DNA of 64,000 nucleotides from Sarea resinae (lineage: Eukaryota): assembly GCA_026026165.1 (NCBI GenBank), contig JAPEUD010000036.1:1-64000 (forward strand), given 5' to 3'. Under the pieces are notes generated by a model. That model did no database searches. It was given only the letters and a program-made list of their open reading frames with translations, and was not told the origin of the DNA. The first letter of the stretch is position 1. Each line of letters begins with the position of its first letter. The position numbers and the translations under genes were made by a program. Positions 13,538 to 26,700 of this stretch are shown in pieces.

Positions 13538-15465
13538 TTACTTCGTTCCAGCTTCTGCTTTGGTGTCGGTGTTGGCGCCGCCTTCGGCTTCGGCTTCATT
13601 TTTCGACACCGCGGCTAGTTGTTCGACTATGTTTTTCGGGTCTTTGAATGCGGCTGCGACGAATCTGGGGTTGGGGTTAGTTTTTATTGGTTGTTGGTCT
13701 TTTGGGTGAGACAAAAGGGAGAAGAGAGGGAGGGGCTGGGATTGGGGTGGGGAAAGGAGAGATGGAGGTGGAGGTGGAGGAACGGGAGGTGAGGGAGAGA
13801 TGAAGGTGGTGGTGGGCAAAGGAAGTGGGGAGGGGGTTTTGGAAGGATAGAAGAGAGATAGAAAGACCTAAGGATAGATCAAGGCATCGTATGACGAAAT
13901 TGAAGATTTAGATGGTGGGGTGAAGAAATGAGAGACCTCTGAGGGGGGGGAGACACACACACAGAGAGAGACAGAGGGAGACAGAGACAGAGGAGACATA
14001 GACAGAGGAGACAACGTACTTGGTATGGCTTCCCCTGGCCACGAGCTGGTTCTTCTCGTTCAAGAAGCGGATCGTCGTATAGGCTAGCGTTTTGCCGACT
14101 GTTTCACATTTACTGCTTAGTCGAGGTTTCTGGATGTGTTGGTGCTGGTGTTGGCGCGGGGGGACGGGGAGGGGGAGGAAAGAAGTGGGCGAGGATGGTC
14201 TTTGGTGGGGTCTTTTTGGGCTTCAAGGCGTTTCGTTGGAATTGCAGGACTGGAAGAGGGCAAGAGTGCAGGACAAGGAGGGGATAGAGGGTTTAGGATG
14301 GTTTGCTATTAGGCCGGTCGGGCTGGCGGACTTACATTTGTCGCAGTGGACTTCCTGCTCAGGGGATCGATGTCAGTGGGAGTGGATTCTTTGGACGGCA
14401 AGCGCAGAAGTCGAGGACTGGTGTCCGGACTTTCGGTTGGGTGGAAACAGGGGTAAGGGCATGCAAAGTAGGAGAGAAGAAGGTAGATAGGTTATCAGAA
14501 AGGAACAGCGTAGGGGAGACGTACGGCTCGTATCGTGTCGCCCACTTTTCCTCCGGAATTGAGATACGTGACTGTGATTGCTGTGTTAGTGGCGCTACTC
14601 CTCTTCACTGAGATGATTGGTGGGAAAAAAGAACGAGATGAGAATAGAACCACACTGACCATTTAAATCTGTTGATACGCCTGTTGCGAACAGACCTTTG
14701 GATGCTACTGCTAGGGAGCCACCTAGATCCACTGTTATGATTGAAAAGAGCCGTTAGCAGGGAAAGCCTTTTGAAGAATGAAGAGAGAGGAGCATTGAGT
14801 TAGGTAGGGAGGGAAAGTGACGGCGGAAGCCAAACACACCCATGCTTGCGATTGTGCCGCCATGGAGGATGCCCAGTCGATTCTGTTTTGATGGGGAGAG
14901 CAAGGTCAGTGATGCTTGGAATGACGGCAGGGACAACATGTTCGAAGCATGATATGAGGCTTACGGTGTGATCGCGGATGATGTCTAGCTCAAAATTGAC
15001 GGTCCCCGGTTTGGCGTGCGTGATTCGGAGCTGTTATATGGACGAGCGTTCAGTCTTTGATAAAGGGGCTTGGAAAAGCATGACTTTTGGACAAAAGGGC
15101 AAGGAGTTGCAAATGGCTATAGAGGAACTGAAACAAAAGCTGGATAATGAGAAGGATACGACGTATCATGACAGGAGTAAAGATTCTTCAGTGGCTTTGC
15201 AGTGCATTCAGATATAGGAGCAGCATCATATGAAAAACAAGATTAGGATGGAGCACATACGCCATCTATCAAGCTGATATGGATATTTTGTCAGCGCCAT
15301 TGTTCGGATACCGATTTTCCTCACCGCCATACATACCGTGGCTCTAATCCCGAGGTGGCTCGAAAGCTGTCCCAGACCTAGGATAGAAGTCAACATACAC
15401 ACCATCACGACTATAGAAAGCATTGTTTCATATCGTACCGACCGCACAAACTTGAGCGTTGCCAT
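13538..15465 (-). CDS. Hotdog-fold acyl-CoA thioesterase, PaaI/ACOT13(THEM2)-like, 10 exons
   Basis: Hand-spliced: MATLKFVRS|VWDSFRATSGLEPR|LIDG|LRITHAKPGTVNFELDIIRDHT|NRLGILHGGTIASM|VDLGGSLAVASKGLFATGVSTDLN|VTYLNSGGKVGDTIRA|EVHCDK|FGKTLAYTTIRFLNEKNQLVARGSHTK|FVAAAFKD...GTK*. It has the N-x4-HGG...D hotdog motif, and all 9 introns are GT-AG. No single ORF in the track captures it. Confidence 0.88.
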
Positions 15466-15791
15466 TATCTTGGAAGGGTGAGAGCAGAACGAAGAGATTG
15501 ATTCAGCTCTTCCGCGAGGTTGTTGATATCAATCACTCCTGTGGGGTAAATAGTTCGAGATGGCCGAGGTCTAGATTCGGGAGATTGATGTAGATATGAT
15601 ATGATTGATCTCCGGCATTACGGAGCGCACAGGGAGCCAAAGACGTCATCTCGATAAGTCCCAGCAGAGCTGCAGTTGATCTTCAATGACTCGATTTAAT
15701 TTACCTCAGCTTCCTCGCGGACGTCTTCTCTTGCCTTTTCTTTATATTCTGGATCTAGGATGATCGATAGGTAGCATCACCAGCAGCCAAG

Positions 15792-17412
15792 ATGTCGTCG
15801 CTTTCCTCGTCTTCATTGCGCTCCTTTGAGTACCTCGAGTCTCTTCCCGGCACCGTCTTCAAGAGGCTCTATCAGCAACCATCGACGGCGCTGGCGATCT
15901 TCAGGCGTATGCTGCCGCATCTAGGTATGGCGGACCAGCTTCTTGCTCTCACTCTATTATTGCTAATGCGATCTCTGTCAGCCAAGAGCTTCGTCATGGC
16001 CATGCTGTATATCAGCCATCCGCTTCCCGTGACTGATCTCGAATCTTGGGTTCGGCCAGACAGTAGACGGTATACCGTCCTTCCACGATCTCAGTACAGC
16101 GACTGACCCTGTGCCTCTAGTGAGCGAGACCATGCCATCTCTCTCCTGGAACGCCTCCATATCCTCGCCATCGCGCCAAATCCAAACAAGCCCCGAGCCT
16201 ACATCCTCACGAACCCTTTCGCGACCTCTCTACGCCTCGCCCTCACCGGCGGCGGTGACCATCAGTCCTTCGGTGTCCCGTGTGACACGCCAGACAAACA
16301 CCATGTTGACATCACTACGTTGGATAATTTTGCTCGCGCGCAGTGGGAGGGCATATTACATTATATGGTCGGCAGCACAGGAATCGGCATGGCGGGCGGC
16401 GACGAAGTCAGCCAAGGAGCAAAGAAATTGCTTGAGCTGGGTGGACTTGTGGAAGTGAAGGCGAGAAGAGTCGAGATTACCCAAGCCGGCTTTTCGTTCC
16501 TTCTGCAGGAAGTCAACGCCCAAGTATGGACTTTGTTAATTTTCTACCTCGAAAACGCTGAAGGAGTAAGTTTGCCTGCACAATACTCCCTTTTCTCTCC
16601 CCTATTGAAGTTCCTCCAGTACTAATACGAATATCAATCAGCTCAACATGGATCCTGTCGATGTCCTCTCCTTCCTTTTCATGCTTGGCAGTCTCGAGCT
16701 CGGGCAAGACTACAGCACTCACTCGCTGACCGAAACGCAAAGACACATGCTCGACGACCTGGGCGACTTCGGGCTCGTGTACCAGCGCAAGAGAACGTCA
16801 AAGCGCTTCTATCCAACCCGGCTCGCCACCACCCTGACCTCGGACGCAGGGGCGCTACGCTCCGTCTCCGCCGGCTTCGACAACGCCCTGCAATCCACAG
16901 CCAATACGACAAACGCCAACACCAATGCCCGCGGCTTCATTGTCGTCGAGACCAACTACCGCATCTACGCGTACACATCCTCGCCACTCCAGATCGCTGT
17001 GTTGGCCCTCTTCACACGCCTCTCCACACGTTACCCGAACATGGTCGCCGGCCGCATCACGCGCGAATCCATCCGGCGCGCCATCTCCACAGGCATCACC
17101 TCGGCCCAGATCATCTCGTACCTGTCGACACACGCGCACCCGCAGATGGCGCGCAACACGCCCGTACTGCCGCCCACTGTCGTCGATCAGATCCGCCTGT
17201 GGCAGATCGAGGGCGAGCGCATGAAGGCCACCGGCGGCTTCCTGTTCAAGGATTTCGTCTCTCTCGACGAATATTCCGGCGTCGTCGAGTACGCCGAGGA
17301 GATCGGCGTCTTGGTCTGGCGCAATGATGGCCGCCGGATGTTTTTCGTCACCAGGGTCGAGCAGGTCGCTGCCTTCTTGAGGAATAGACCGAAGAAACAA
17401 CTACATTCTTGA
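15792..17412 (+). CDS. TFB2: TFIIH core subunit Tfb2 (p52/GTF2H4)
   Basis: Motifs [64 protein letters not shown] and [12 protein letters not shown]. Introns 15925-15981, 16070-16120 and 16566-16641. Confidence 0.95.
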
Positions 17413-18431
17413 TATCCCTGAGAATGCCCTGCGCTTTCTTCTCTTCTTACTGTATTCTTGTGCTTTCAACTTCGCGGAAGCGGCTGCGAGAACGAGTATT
17501 CCAGCGCTTCTTCCTTTTCCTTTTTTCTTCAACGGGTTCGGGTTCGAGGCCTTGGTTGGTGTTCTGGCGTCCACACTCATCCAGTATTTGGATAGCATAG
17601 ATGGCGTTGATGGCGTCTTCATTCAAGCGGTTCATGAAGCAGGCTCAGAAGTAAGTAGGTAAGGAAGGATGGAATGAAGGCAAAAAACTTACCCGGATCT
17701 CAAATTTTCTCATCACTGGTACGGAACAAAGAAACGGAAGATCTCAACCCTAATTATCGTTTCACCGTTCTGTTTACCTCTCCATCTCTCCCTTTCCCTC
17801 TACCTGCTCCATCCATGAAATTGCCATTTGGTCCTTGCACACCATACCATACCACATTTTCCATTTTAATTCTTGCGTTGAGATCAACTCGTTCTATTCA
17901 TTGAGGAAGCCGGGGTGATGTGACGGGACGAGACGATATACTGGACATACTGGACGCGCTCAGGTGTCTATCTCTTCACGCTTACTGCATGCACGTACGT
18001 ACAATTGGAAGACGAAGGAAAAGAAAAAGAAAAAGACGTCGCACGATTCCACATAAATAACCCCATACCCCTGGCTCCTTGCCCATAGCCCATGAGCCCC
18101 GAAGCCATATACCGAACACCCCCAAACCCCACCACCCCAGAAATAGCGTCTGCCCATCAAATCAAAAACCACTCGTTCATCTCTCTCCCCGAGTTGCCCC
18201 CACCCCTTTTTTTCTTAGCCTCACATACAGCTCCTCTTATTCATCTGAGTCTGCTCCCCCTCCTTCTTTTCCATCAACTTCCCTCTTCCCCTTTCTCTCC
18301 TTTCTTCTCCCTACCCCGTAAATACCTCGTCTCTATCCCGCCTAGCCCTCCTTTATTTCGGTTTCATTTTCCCGCAGCTTCTGTCCTCCCGACAACTACC
18401 TACCTCTATCTCGCCCCTCAATCCTCACTCC

Positions 18432-20375
18432 TCAAGCTGGGACTTCTTCTGTCTTCTGCTTCTGCTTCTCCTTCTTCTTACTCGTCCTGCCCATGATCTT
18501 CCCAAGCAACCTATTCTTCTCCTTTACGGCGCCTGCTACGGACAGCGCGGCAGGTTCTTTGGCGGTAGTGGCGTATTGATGCTGGAAGTCCTATACATGT
18601 GCGGACCACGCGGCGTCTCGAGTCAGTGGGAAGGATCATGGAAGTCTTGTCTCTGGGTGGGTTGGGGGATGTGCTGTATGTGTGCCGACGGGTTCCTCGG
18701 AAGTAAAAGGAGAGCGGGAGGTTGGGAAAGGGAAAGGGAAATAGAGAAAAGTGGAAGCAAAAAAAAGGGGGAATAAACGAACCGCCAAACTCTCCTTCGC
18801 CTCCTCCGTGATGCATAGATTGCGCAGATGGATAAACGCCCTGCGCAGCCTCCGGTCGTCTGCACTCAGTGGTTGTGGACCGCCCGACAAAGTGGCGAGC
18901 GAGTGCATATTTGCCGTTGGGACGGGATCGTGCGTGGGAGGCAGGGGACAATTGTTCTTGTTGGCGTTGGCGGTGGAGGTGGTGGTCAGTTGTTCCAAAG
19001 AAGTGAGTCGGTCGGCCACGGTGAAGTCTTCGTTTCTGAATCGATCTTGTAGTGCTGAGAGCCGGCCGGACCAGTAGGATGTTGGGCGTGCCGTGTGGAT
19101 CTAGATTTAATGGTATTAGGTCGCGTGCTGGGATAGAAGAGAGGAATGAGATGGAGGGCAACCATGAGGCCGAAGAGAGACGAGAGAGACGAGAGAGATG
19201 AGAGTGGCGAGAGACACAGGAGAAAAGAGCCTAGAAGGAAGAGAAAGAGAGAAGAGGGAAAAAGGACAGAAAAAGACAGGGAGAAGTGTGGAGCTCAGGA
19301 CTGGTGGACTCACCTGACGGATATTTGTAGGAACTTCAGACACTTCCTGTCCCTCAGGCTGATGAACCTCGGAATCAGCAAGGCCAAGTCCATGGCTATG
19401 GCTCTTCCATCCACTCGACAAAGGTCCGAATGTCTTGCTCCTCGGCAAAGACCCAGATAATGCAGGAGGACCAGAGGTTCGCAACGACCACCGTTGACCA
19501 AGAGAGCTCTTCCTCCTCCCTAATCCTCGGTCGTCTCCTCTGTCTTCCGTCTCAGTCCCGCCGATTGATCTCCCTTTAGTATCAGTCTCGGTCCCAGCTG
19601 GAGAAGTAAAGACCCGCTGACGGGTTTTCAGCGAGGAGAGTAGACGTGTTGGCGGCCGAGGAGCGGGACGAGGATGCTCGAATGCATGACAGGGAAAACT
19701 GGGTGTGGGACTGGCGGGCGTGCAGACTATTCTTGCGGCCGATCGTGGTGGGATCGGTGGTGCTGTTGTGAGTAAGTTTGAAGCTGATGTCGACGTTGTG
19801 ATTTTAGAAGGCAGGGGCAGTCCGGAGCGCGAGCGCGAGAAAAGTCCTGTGAATGTCTTACTTCGTATCAAGGCGGATGGCTGCGCGGCCGTGTCTGTGA
19901 CCTTTGAAGATGTGGAGTACGAGGACGAACTCGAGCCCGTGTTATGAGTATTAGAGACTGACGTTGGCAGCTTAGACGACGGGGCAATGAATGGTATGTC
20001 TGATCTCCGACGCTTATGAATAGGAATTGTAGTGAATGGGTGGAGATTTTTCGGTGAACTTTCCTCAACCGTCGTTGTCTCCCGTATCGGGATGAGTCTG
20101 GGAGCTTTCGGAGCTGGTAGAAGCGGCGGTGGATACCGTGGCGAGTCGTCTTCGCTGTCTGGACTCAGAGGCGTAATGACAAGTGAGTGTCTCTTGAGCC
20201 CGTCCAGAGCCTGTTTAGCATCCACAGTGACCGAACTCGGACGAGATCTTCTCGGGGGCATAGCAATGACCAGTCCAGGCCGGTGCTGGGATCTGCGCCT
20301 GTATAATGGCTCTTTACGAGTCGATGACTCCATCATAGACGGGAATGATCCTTCAGTTGGCGATGCTGACTCCAT
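18432..20375 (-). CDS. Conserved fungal hypothetical protein: long Ser/Pro/Arg-rich disordered N-terminus plus a small helical C-terminal domain, 3 exons
   Basis: Exon 1 is ORF 20375 to ~19314 (donor GTGAGT). Exon 2 reads IHTARPTSYWSGRLSALQDRFRNEDF...DDRRLRRAFIHLRNLCITEEAKESLA. Exon 3 reads DFQHQYATTAKEP...TEEVPA* ending at 18432. I recognise YWxGR...DRF and RRxFxHL..LC...EA..SL from other ascomycete hypothetical proteins. Confidence 0.7.
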
Positions 20376-20702
20376 GGTGTTGAGCTCAGGTGAATATTGA
20401 GAGTTACTCTTGTAAATCTTTTTGCTTTGAGGAGAGAAGGCAAGAGGATATGGATGGTGTGGTAAGATCCAGAATCAAGTGGAAAGGGCAGGCTTTAACT
20501 TTTATATTGAAGGAGCTGTGCACCACCAGTGTATGCCTTCCATTCACTATGGTATATCCCATTTAGACGTATTCACTGCTGGCAAACACGTCCATTCTGC
20601 CTGTGGAGTGAATATTGCGCCTCGTCTACCTCTTCGCCTTAACCGGAGAAGGGGGCAGGAAAGAATCATGAAGTAATACAACGATTGCGAAGGAAAGATG
20701 AC

Positions 20703-23080
20703 TTATTTTACAGTACCTTCTTCTCCGCCACCATCACCACCACCTCCTACAGCCACTCCAGCGGCACCACCAAGCGGAACAGCATCAACATCAGCCGTAG
20801 CATTCCCATAGTCATCCGTTTTTCCCTTTCCCGTCGCTGGAGTTCCTACAACGCCCCTGGTATCAGGCGTTCCCCCCTCCCCCCGAGTCCCTTCACTCCT
20901 CGCCCTCTCATCAAGCTCCTCTTCCTTCCTGAACAGAACCTCTAATTTCCGGCCATCATCGATCTTGTCGAAGAGCTTGAGCTTGTTCTTCGAAGCTATC
21001 CTCAACGCGCGCCAGAGCTTACTCGCTTTCTGTTCCTCCAGCTCCGTCTTTTTCGCCTCATCATCACCCGCCATGTCGATATCGAAATCATTATCCATGA
21101 TAGGGCCCTGGAAGGATTCCGCCAACGGCAGCTTGTGTTTCTCTGGGTCTTTGAGTCGGTCAAGCCCGGCATGCATGTTTTCTGCGTCTGAGAGAAAATT
21201 TAGGTTTAAGGATCCTAGCGGCGTGGCACGTAGGCGTTTATTGGTGCACGTGTCCTGGATGCCTTTTTGTGCTGAGAGATATTGAGCTGTTGAGAAAGGG
21301 GGACGTTCGATAGGCGGGCAATTCTCTGCTTTCCACCTCACCCAGTTCTTGTCGCGTGAGAGCACGGTGTCGACCATCCGGTAATAGAACTTTCCTTCGG
21401 GGCCTTCTTGTAGGTAAGATGCTATTGCAGAGCGGGTTTGCAGCGCCCATTTGGCCTGTGAAACGTGGAGGAGCGTGTTAGTACTCAGTAGAGAAGAGAG
21501 CGATTGTGTTGATACAGATGGATGGGTGGGGATGTAGCAGCGGCTTACATCTTCGTCGCTGAGTGTGTGACCATAAATGACGGATTTGTTCTGCTGGTTG
21601 AGATCCGCCATCTTACTCTTCGCTTTCTGCGTCAGCGATAAGAGAAAGTCGACTAATATCAAAGCTTGCACAAGGATATGTCTTCGAAACGCTAAATCAC
21701 TGATCTGGGGTGGGAAGATGTTAGTACCTTTCGGTCAAAAGTTTGCGAATTTCGAGCAGAGGAACAAACCTCTAAATCGAACAGATCTCTGCTGGTCAAG
21801 TATTTCGGGTTGAAATTACTGGCTAGTCCATCGTCATCGTCACGTTTGCGCTTGATACCTCTCTTACTATCATCGGTGGAGACTTTAGGAACACTCCGAT
21901 CCACGGACCCCTTCTGGACGGTTTCGAATTTTCGAATGACTAGTCTTAAACCGGCCTTAAATGCCTCGAAACGTTCGGGCTCGAACAGCTTAGTTGGGCT
22001 CGAGAAGTCTTGCTGGAGCGTCCAGAAGGTTGTGTAAAGGGAGTCCATGTCGGGGAGCTCCTCAGCGGCAACTTTATTTGCGTCAAAAGTGACCGTCTTG
22101 GTCGGTTTCTTGCTGGCGTCTGGAGTTCTGGAGCCTTGTGCGGCGGCCTCCTTCTGGGCAGTGGTATCGACGGACTCGGTCGGAGCGCTGTCCTTAGTGT
22201 CGCCGTCGACTTCCATTATTTCTGGCTCTGGCTCGGACTTGGGCTGTATCTCGTCGAACGTCGTAATATTTTCGACATGGTATTCGCCTCGGAGGTTGAC
22301 AGAGCTTTTGTCGCCGAGGGGGAAGCTTTGAAAGAGAAAGATGAAGACGCGACCGCAAAATACAGTATCTTCGGCCCGAGAGAGCCTTCGGAGGAGTTCG
22401 TTGCATGATCGGAGGATGATGAGGTTCTTCTGTTTGAAATGTTTCTAGATTGGCGAACGGCAGGTGTCAATTGGCGTCCGGCAATATGGGCCTATTGACG
22501 AGAGCGCTTACTGCTGTGATTCGCTCTCTCCGTGACTCGAGATAGTCAAATATCCTCCTGCAGCCCTCTATGGTCTGGCTATCTAGCAATTCTTCGATGA
22601 GCCAAAATATGAGGCCCGGCTCGCATTGCTCTGAGGGGAGGTGCCGTTAGCATGAGCTGGTGACTGTGTGCCAATGCTCGAATAGAACGCTCACCGTTAT
22701 CCGAAAAGATAGAGACAATGTCGAGCAGATTCCAGAGCTCGGTGAAGGATGGGTCCTCTATCGACGTTGAAGCCTGACCTTCAGTCAGCTAAGAGGAAAA
22801 ATGTCGAGCGAGCAGGTGATCTAACCAAAAGGTCGTAGAAGATGTTCCTGGCAGCCGTTTCAATGATGGCGAATTGAGATTGACGGCCCGGTTCTTTCTC
22901 GGATTGCCCTTGCGATTGATCGTCCCTGACACTGCAGACCTGCTCGACCGAGCCACCAAAGTCCGAAGAAGACAGCGGAGGTTCGATGCTATTCAATGGT
23001 TTGAGATCTCGCGCTTTCTGTAAGAGCTGTCGTAGCTCTTTGACCGTTTCGCGCACGGGAGCAATGTCTTCCCCAGACAT
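20703..23080 (-). CDS. THOC1: THO complex subunit 1 (Hpr1/THOC1, nuclear matrix protein p84), 6 exons
   Basis: Spliced motifs FWLIEELLDSQTIEGCRRIFDYLESRRE, LRSCNELLRRLSRAEDTVFCGRVFIFLFQSFPLGDKSSVNLRGEY, FNPKYLTSRDLFDLEISDLAFRRHILVQ and VLSRDKNWVRWKAENC. Five GT-AG introns. Confidence 0.93.
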
Positions 23081-23481
23081 GGTTTCGGCGCGGTCCTGAT
23101 GCTCTTGATAGACGGCCGAGGCTGTGAGTACGGGTTATTTGTGCCTGCCTAGGAAGATAGATGAGGCGTGAGGCTATGATCGCTCAGGCAGTGGGACGCC
23201 GTGTCGTTCAATCTGTATTGGGATGGTGGTCAAAGGTCATGATTTATATCCTGCTAAGAGGACTGTTGGCCAAAGAGAAAGAAGTGAAGGTTCCTTGTGC
23301 CAGTATTGATGCGTTCACCATCTCAGACCAGGATCAACAATCAGTCGATTCAAGCCTCAATCGATCTCATCTGATCTGAGTGAATGCGCAATTGCCAAAT
23401 TGGGACCGGGATGCAGGCGACGCGGATTCGGCCGAGGGGCCATCTGCCACCGAGCTCTGGGAATGCAGGCAAGGTACGTAC

Positions 23482-23489
23482 CACGTGAC
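23482..23489 (-). promoter_or_regulatory. bHLH/Cbf1-type site GTCACGTG in the THOC1-Aquarius divergent promoter
   Basis: Exact match to RTCACRTG. Function is inferred only. Confidence 0.35.
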
Positions 23490-23737
23490 CGTCGATTGAC
23501 CGTCAACAGCGCATTTGCATTTTCGATCTTGGATATATCGAAATCGAAGAGTCAGCAACCCAGAAGGCTCTTCTCGTCCCATCGCCGCAGACGCAGTGCA
23601 GAGAAGGTTAAGGGGGCAGCGAATCTTGGGCTTCGATGAACCGGCCGTCTCTACGCATTCCGTGTCCTCTTCGAGTCGGCCCTAGGAATTTATTTCCTTA
23701 GCAGACGCCCGGCCGCAAGACGGAAACAGCTATTGCC

Positions 23738-26700
23738 ATGGCTCCACGAGCGACCGCACGTCACGATCCGCCCGCAGAGGAGGGTCGTCCAACTGTCGCC
23801 GACCTACACGGCGAGAATCACTATGCTCAAACGGCGCGCAAACATTGGTTGAAGAGTTCCAAAGTTCCAAAGGTCAAGCAAGAGGTATTGAAGACCGAGA
23901 TATGGGACAGCTTAGAAAAGGACAGCTTCAATTTCAGATCCCTTCTGATCCTAGAGAACCTCCAATTTCTTGAGAGGTGAATTATCCTCGGCGCAATCTG
24001 ATTTGGAAACGAGTCTTGGCTGACTGCTGGAAGTTATCTATGGCCTGGATACTCGGAAGACTCGTCAAATATTCATGTTACCCTGATCGCATTGATGGTC
24101 AATGTCAAGAGCAGAGAAAACCTTGAGACATGGAGTAGGTATCTGACGAGCCCGCTATAGATGCACTTCTTGCTGACCAGCACCTAGGCCACTTTACGGA
24201 TAGGCCTACCGACTTCCTCTCTATATTCCGCCGAGTTCTCTCTATGACCATTGATCCTTCAGTCAGCTTAGGTATCCGGACTCGCCTTTTATCATTCGTC
24301 ATCAGCGCATTCCAGTCGTTGGACCATGGCTTGGTCCGCAAAGAATGCGCATCCCTGGTATCCATATCGATATGGCATAATCTGGTAGACGAGGAGTCTA
24401 GAGAGGCCAGGCTCAAGAGGCACCCGCAACTTCAGAAAGTTTGGAGGGCTTCTATGAAGAGATTTGAGGCGGCAGATGATGCTACCAAAGCGAAGATAAG
24501 GTTCGAGAGATCTTGGCTGTTCACCATGGTACTGGATTTTCTGAGCCGACTATACGACCCCGACCAAGATAAGCTCGGTGAGTAGATACAGCACAGATAT
24601 CTTGCCTTCTCATTCTAACCGCTCAAATAGCCAATCTGCTTTACTGTGAGCGTTTCGTCGAGCTCCTAACCGACATCGAAAGTCAACTCCCTACCAGACG
24701 ATATGTCAACTCACTTCTTCTCGACCTGAACTTGATACCTCTCATAAAGCTTTCGCCCCTCTTCAATGAGGAGGAGAATGGACTCTTCCGTGATCTGTCC
24801 AATCTCTTGAAGCACTTTGTATACTTCTCTATAGAAGACCACACAGGCCATCAATTGTCGCGGACAGAAAGCTATGAATCGCATTGCGATATCCTAGCAC
24901 AGTTGCAAAGGACTGCCCTGAAACACTTCAGAGCGAAGCTCACAAAGCTAGCGTTGGCTAACTATGCTTCGATCGACCAACGGCCAGAATTAGAAGGGCA
25001 TCTGAAAGCTTTAACAGATCAAGAATTGACGGAGCTATGTGGTCTCCTCGGTTTTCGGATCAGCTACCCTCCGGCAGCCAAGGTGGTCGTGGACCGAAAT
25101 TTCATACTGGAAGTATTGCTTTGTGCTCATGAGCGCAGACCTACTTTTCAAGAAGCTGCGAAAGAATTGAGTGTTCTTCCATCAGAGGTATGAGAGTAAG
25201 CCAACTGTTTCCGGACACGAGCTGACCCCAATGATAGAGCACCCTTCTGGAACCTACGCTACTACGAAATGAGACATACAATGGCTCAAGACCGCTCGCT
25301 ATTCCTAAACTCAACCTACATTATCTGACGGTTGGGGACTTCCTGTGGCGTTCTTTCATATTACATCGCTGCGAGTCATTCTTTGAAATCAGGAAGGACA
25401 TCGAGGACACATTGAAACGACTCCAACCTAGGCCATCTGAGCCGGGTCTGAGTACGAAGTTTGAAGGGTTCTCTAAGATGGCCTTACCAATTCCTAAGCC
25501 AGCGTATGTCATACCTGGCCCTTGCCCAGTCGCATCTACTGACATTTGGAAGTATCATAGAAATCGCCCCCGCCAAGGTTGGCGAAGACGCTCCAGCATT
25601 CGTTCGCGCGGAAATAACTTTGGATGTTAGTCGTCTCAATGATGGCGTTCGGAGGGAGTGGGATTCGCTTCGGCCTGACGATGTGATCTTCCTCATGTCT
25701 GTTCAAATGGCAGATCAATCTCGTGTTCTCACCAACTCCCACGGTCCGTCATCAGATGCGGAAAGACAGGGTCTCAAGCACCTCCGCGCAGCCGAGATCG
25801 TGCAAGTTCAAGATGAGAAGGGCCGGACGTTGCAAGGACTGCAGATGGACCAAACCAATGGTTACTCTCATAGGCCTAGGAGTCGGAGGCTGATTGTAAA
25901 CTTGGATGCTAAGATGTACAAGTTGGATAGTGAACGAACATCCCAAGGGAAACAGGATATCTACGAGACGATGAACGTTGTTGTGAGGCGCCGAGGGAGG
26001 GAGAATAACTTCAAGCCCATTCTAGATTCCATCCAGCGCCTGATTCTATCTGACGTACCGATGCCCTCCTGGTTGCAGGAAGTCTTTCTAGGATTTGGCG
26101 ATCCTAGTTCAGCTAATTACACCCGAATGCCGAACGCTCTTAAAAGAGTTGATTTTCGCGATACCTTTCTGGATTGGCAACATCTCAGCAGCAGTCTCCC
26201 GGGGAAGACGGTTGAACCGGCCGAAGATGCCGAGTCAAGCTTCGGCCCTCCTTATGTCCTCGAGATGCCAGTAGATGCTCCTCAACAGCTGCCGCCTAAA
26301 CCATCGAAGAAGCGGCGACGGGGTCAGCCAGCAGATAATCATCCTCAGCACGTTTCTGTGAAGGTGTCCACATATAAACCCCCAAATAATGGTCCTTATC
26401 CTACGGATGCTCCAAAGCTCAATCACGTTCGATTCACTCCAGCCCAGGTGGAGGCTATCATATCCGGTACCCAGCCAGGACTCACTGTCATCGTTGGGCC
26501 ACCGGGAACAGGGAAGACCGATGTTGCGACTCAGATCATAAACAACGTCTATCACGACTTTCCAGAACAGCGTACGCTTCTGATAGCTCACAGTAATCAA
26601 GCTCTGAATCAGCTTTTCCAGAAGATCATGGCTCTCGATATTGATGAGCGTCATCTTCTTCGTCTGGGACACGGAGAGGAAGCTTTGGAGACGGATGCGA

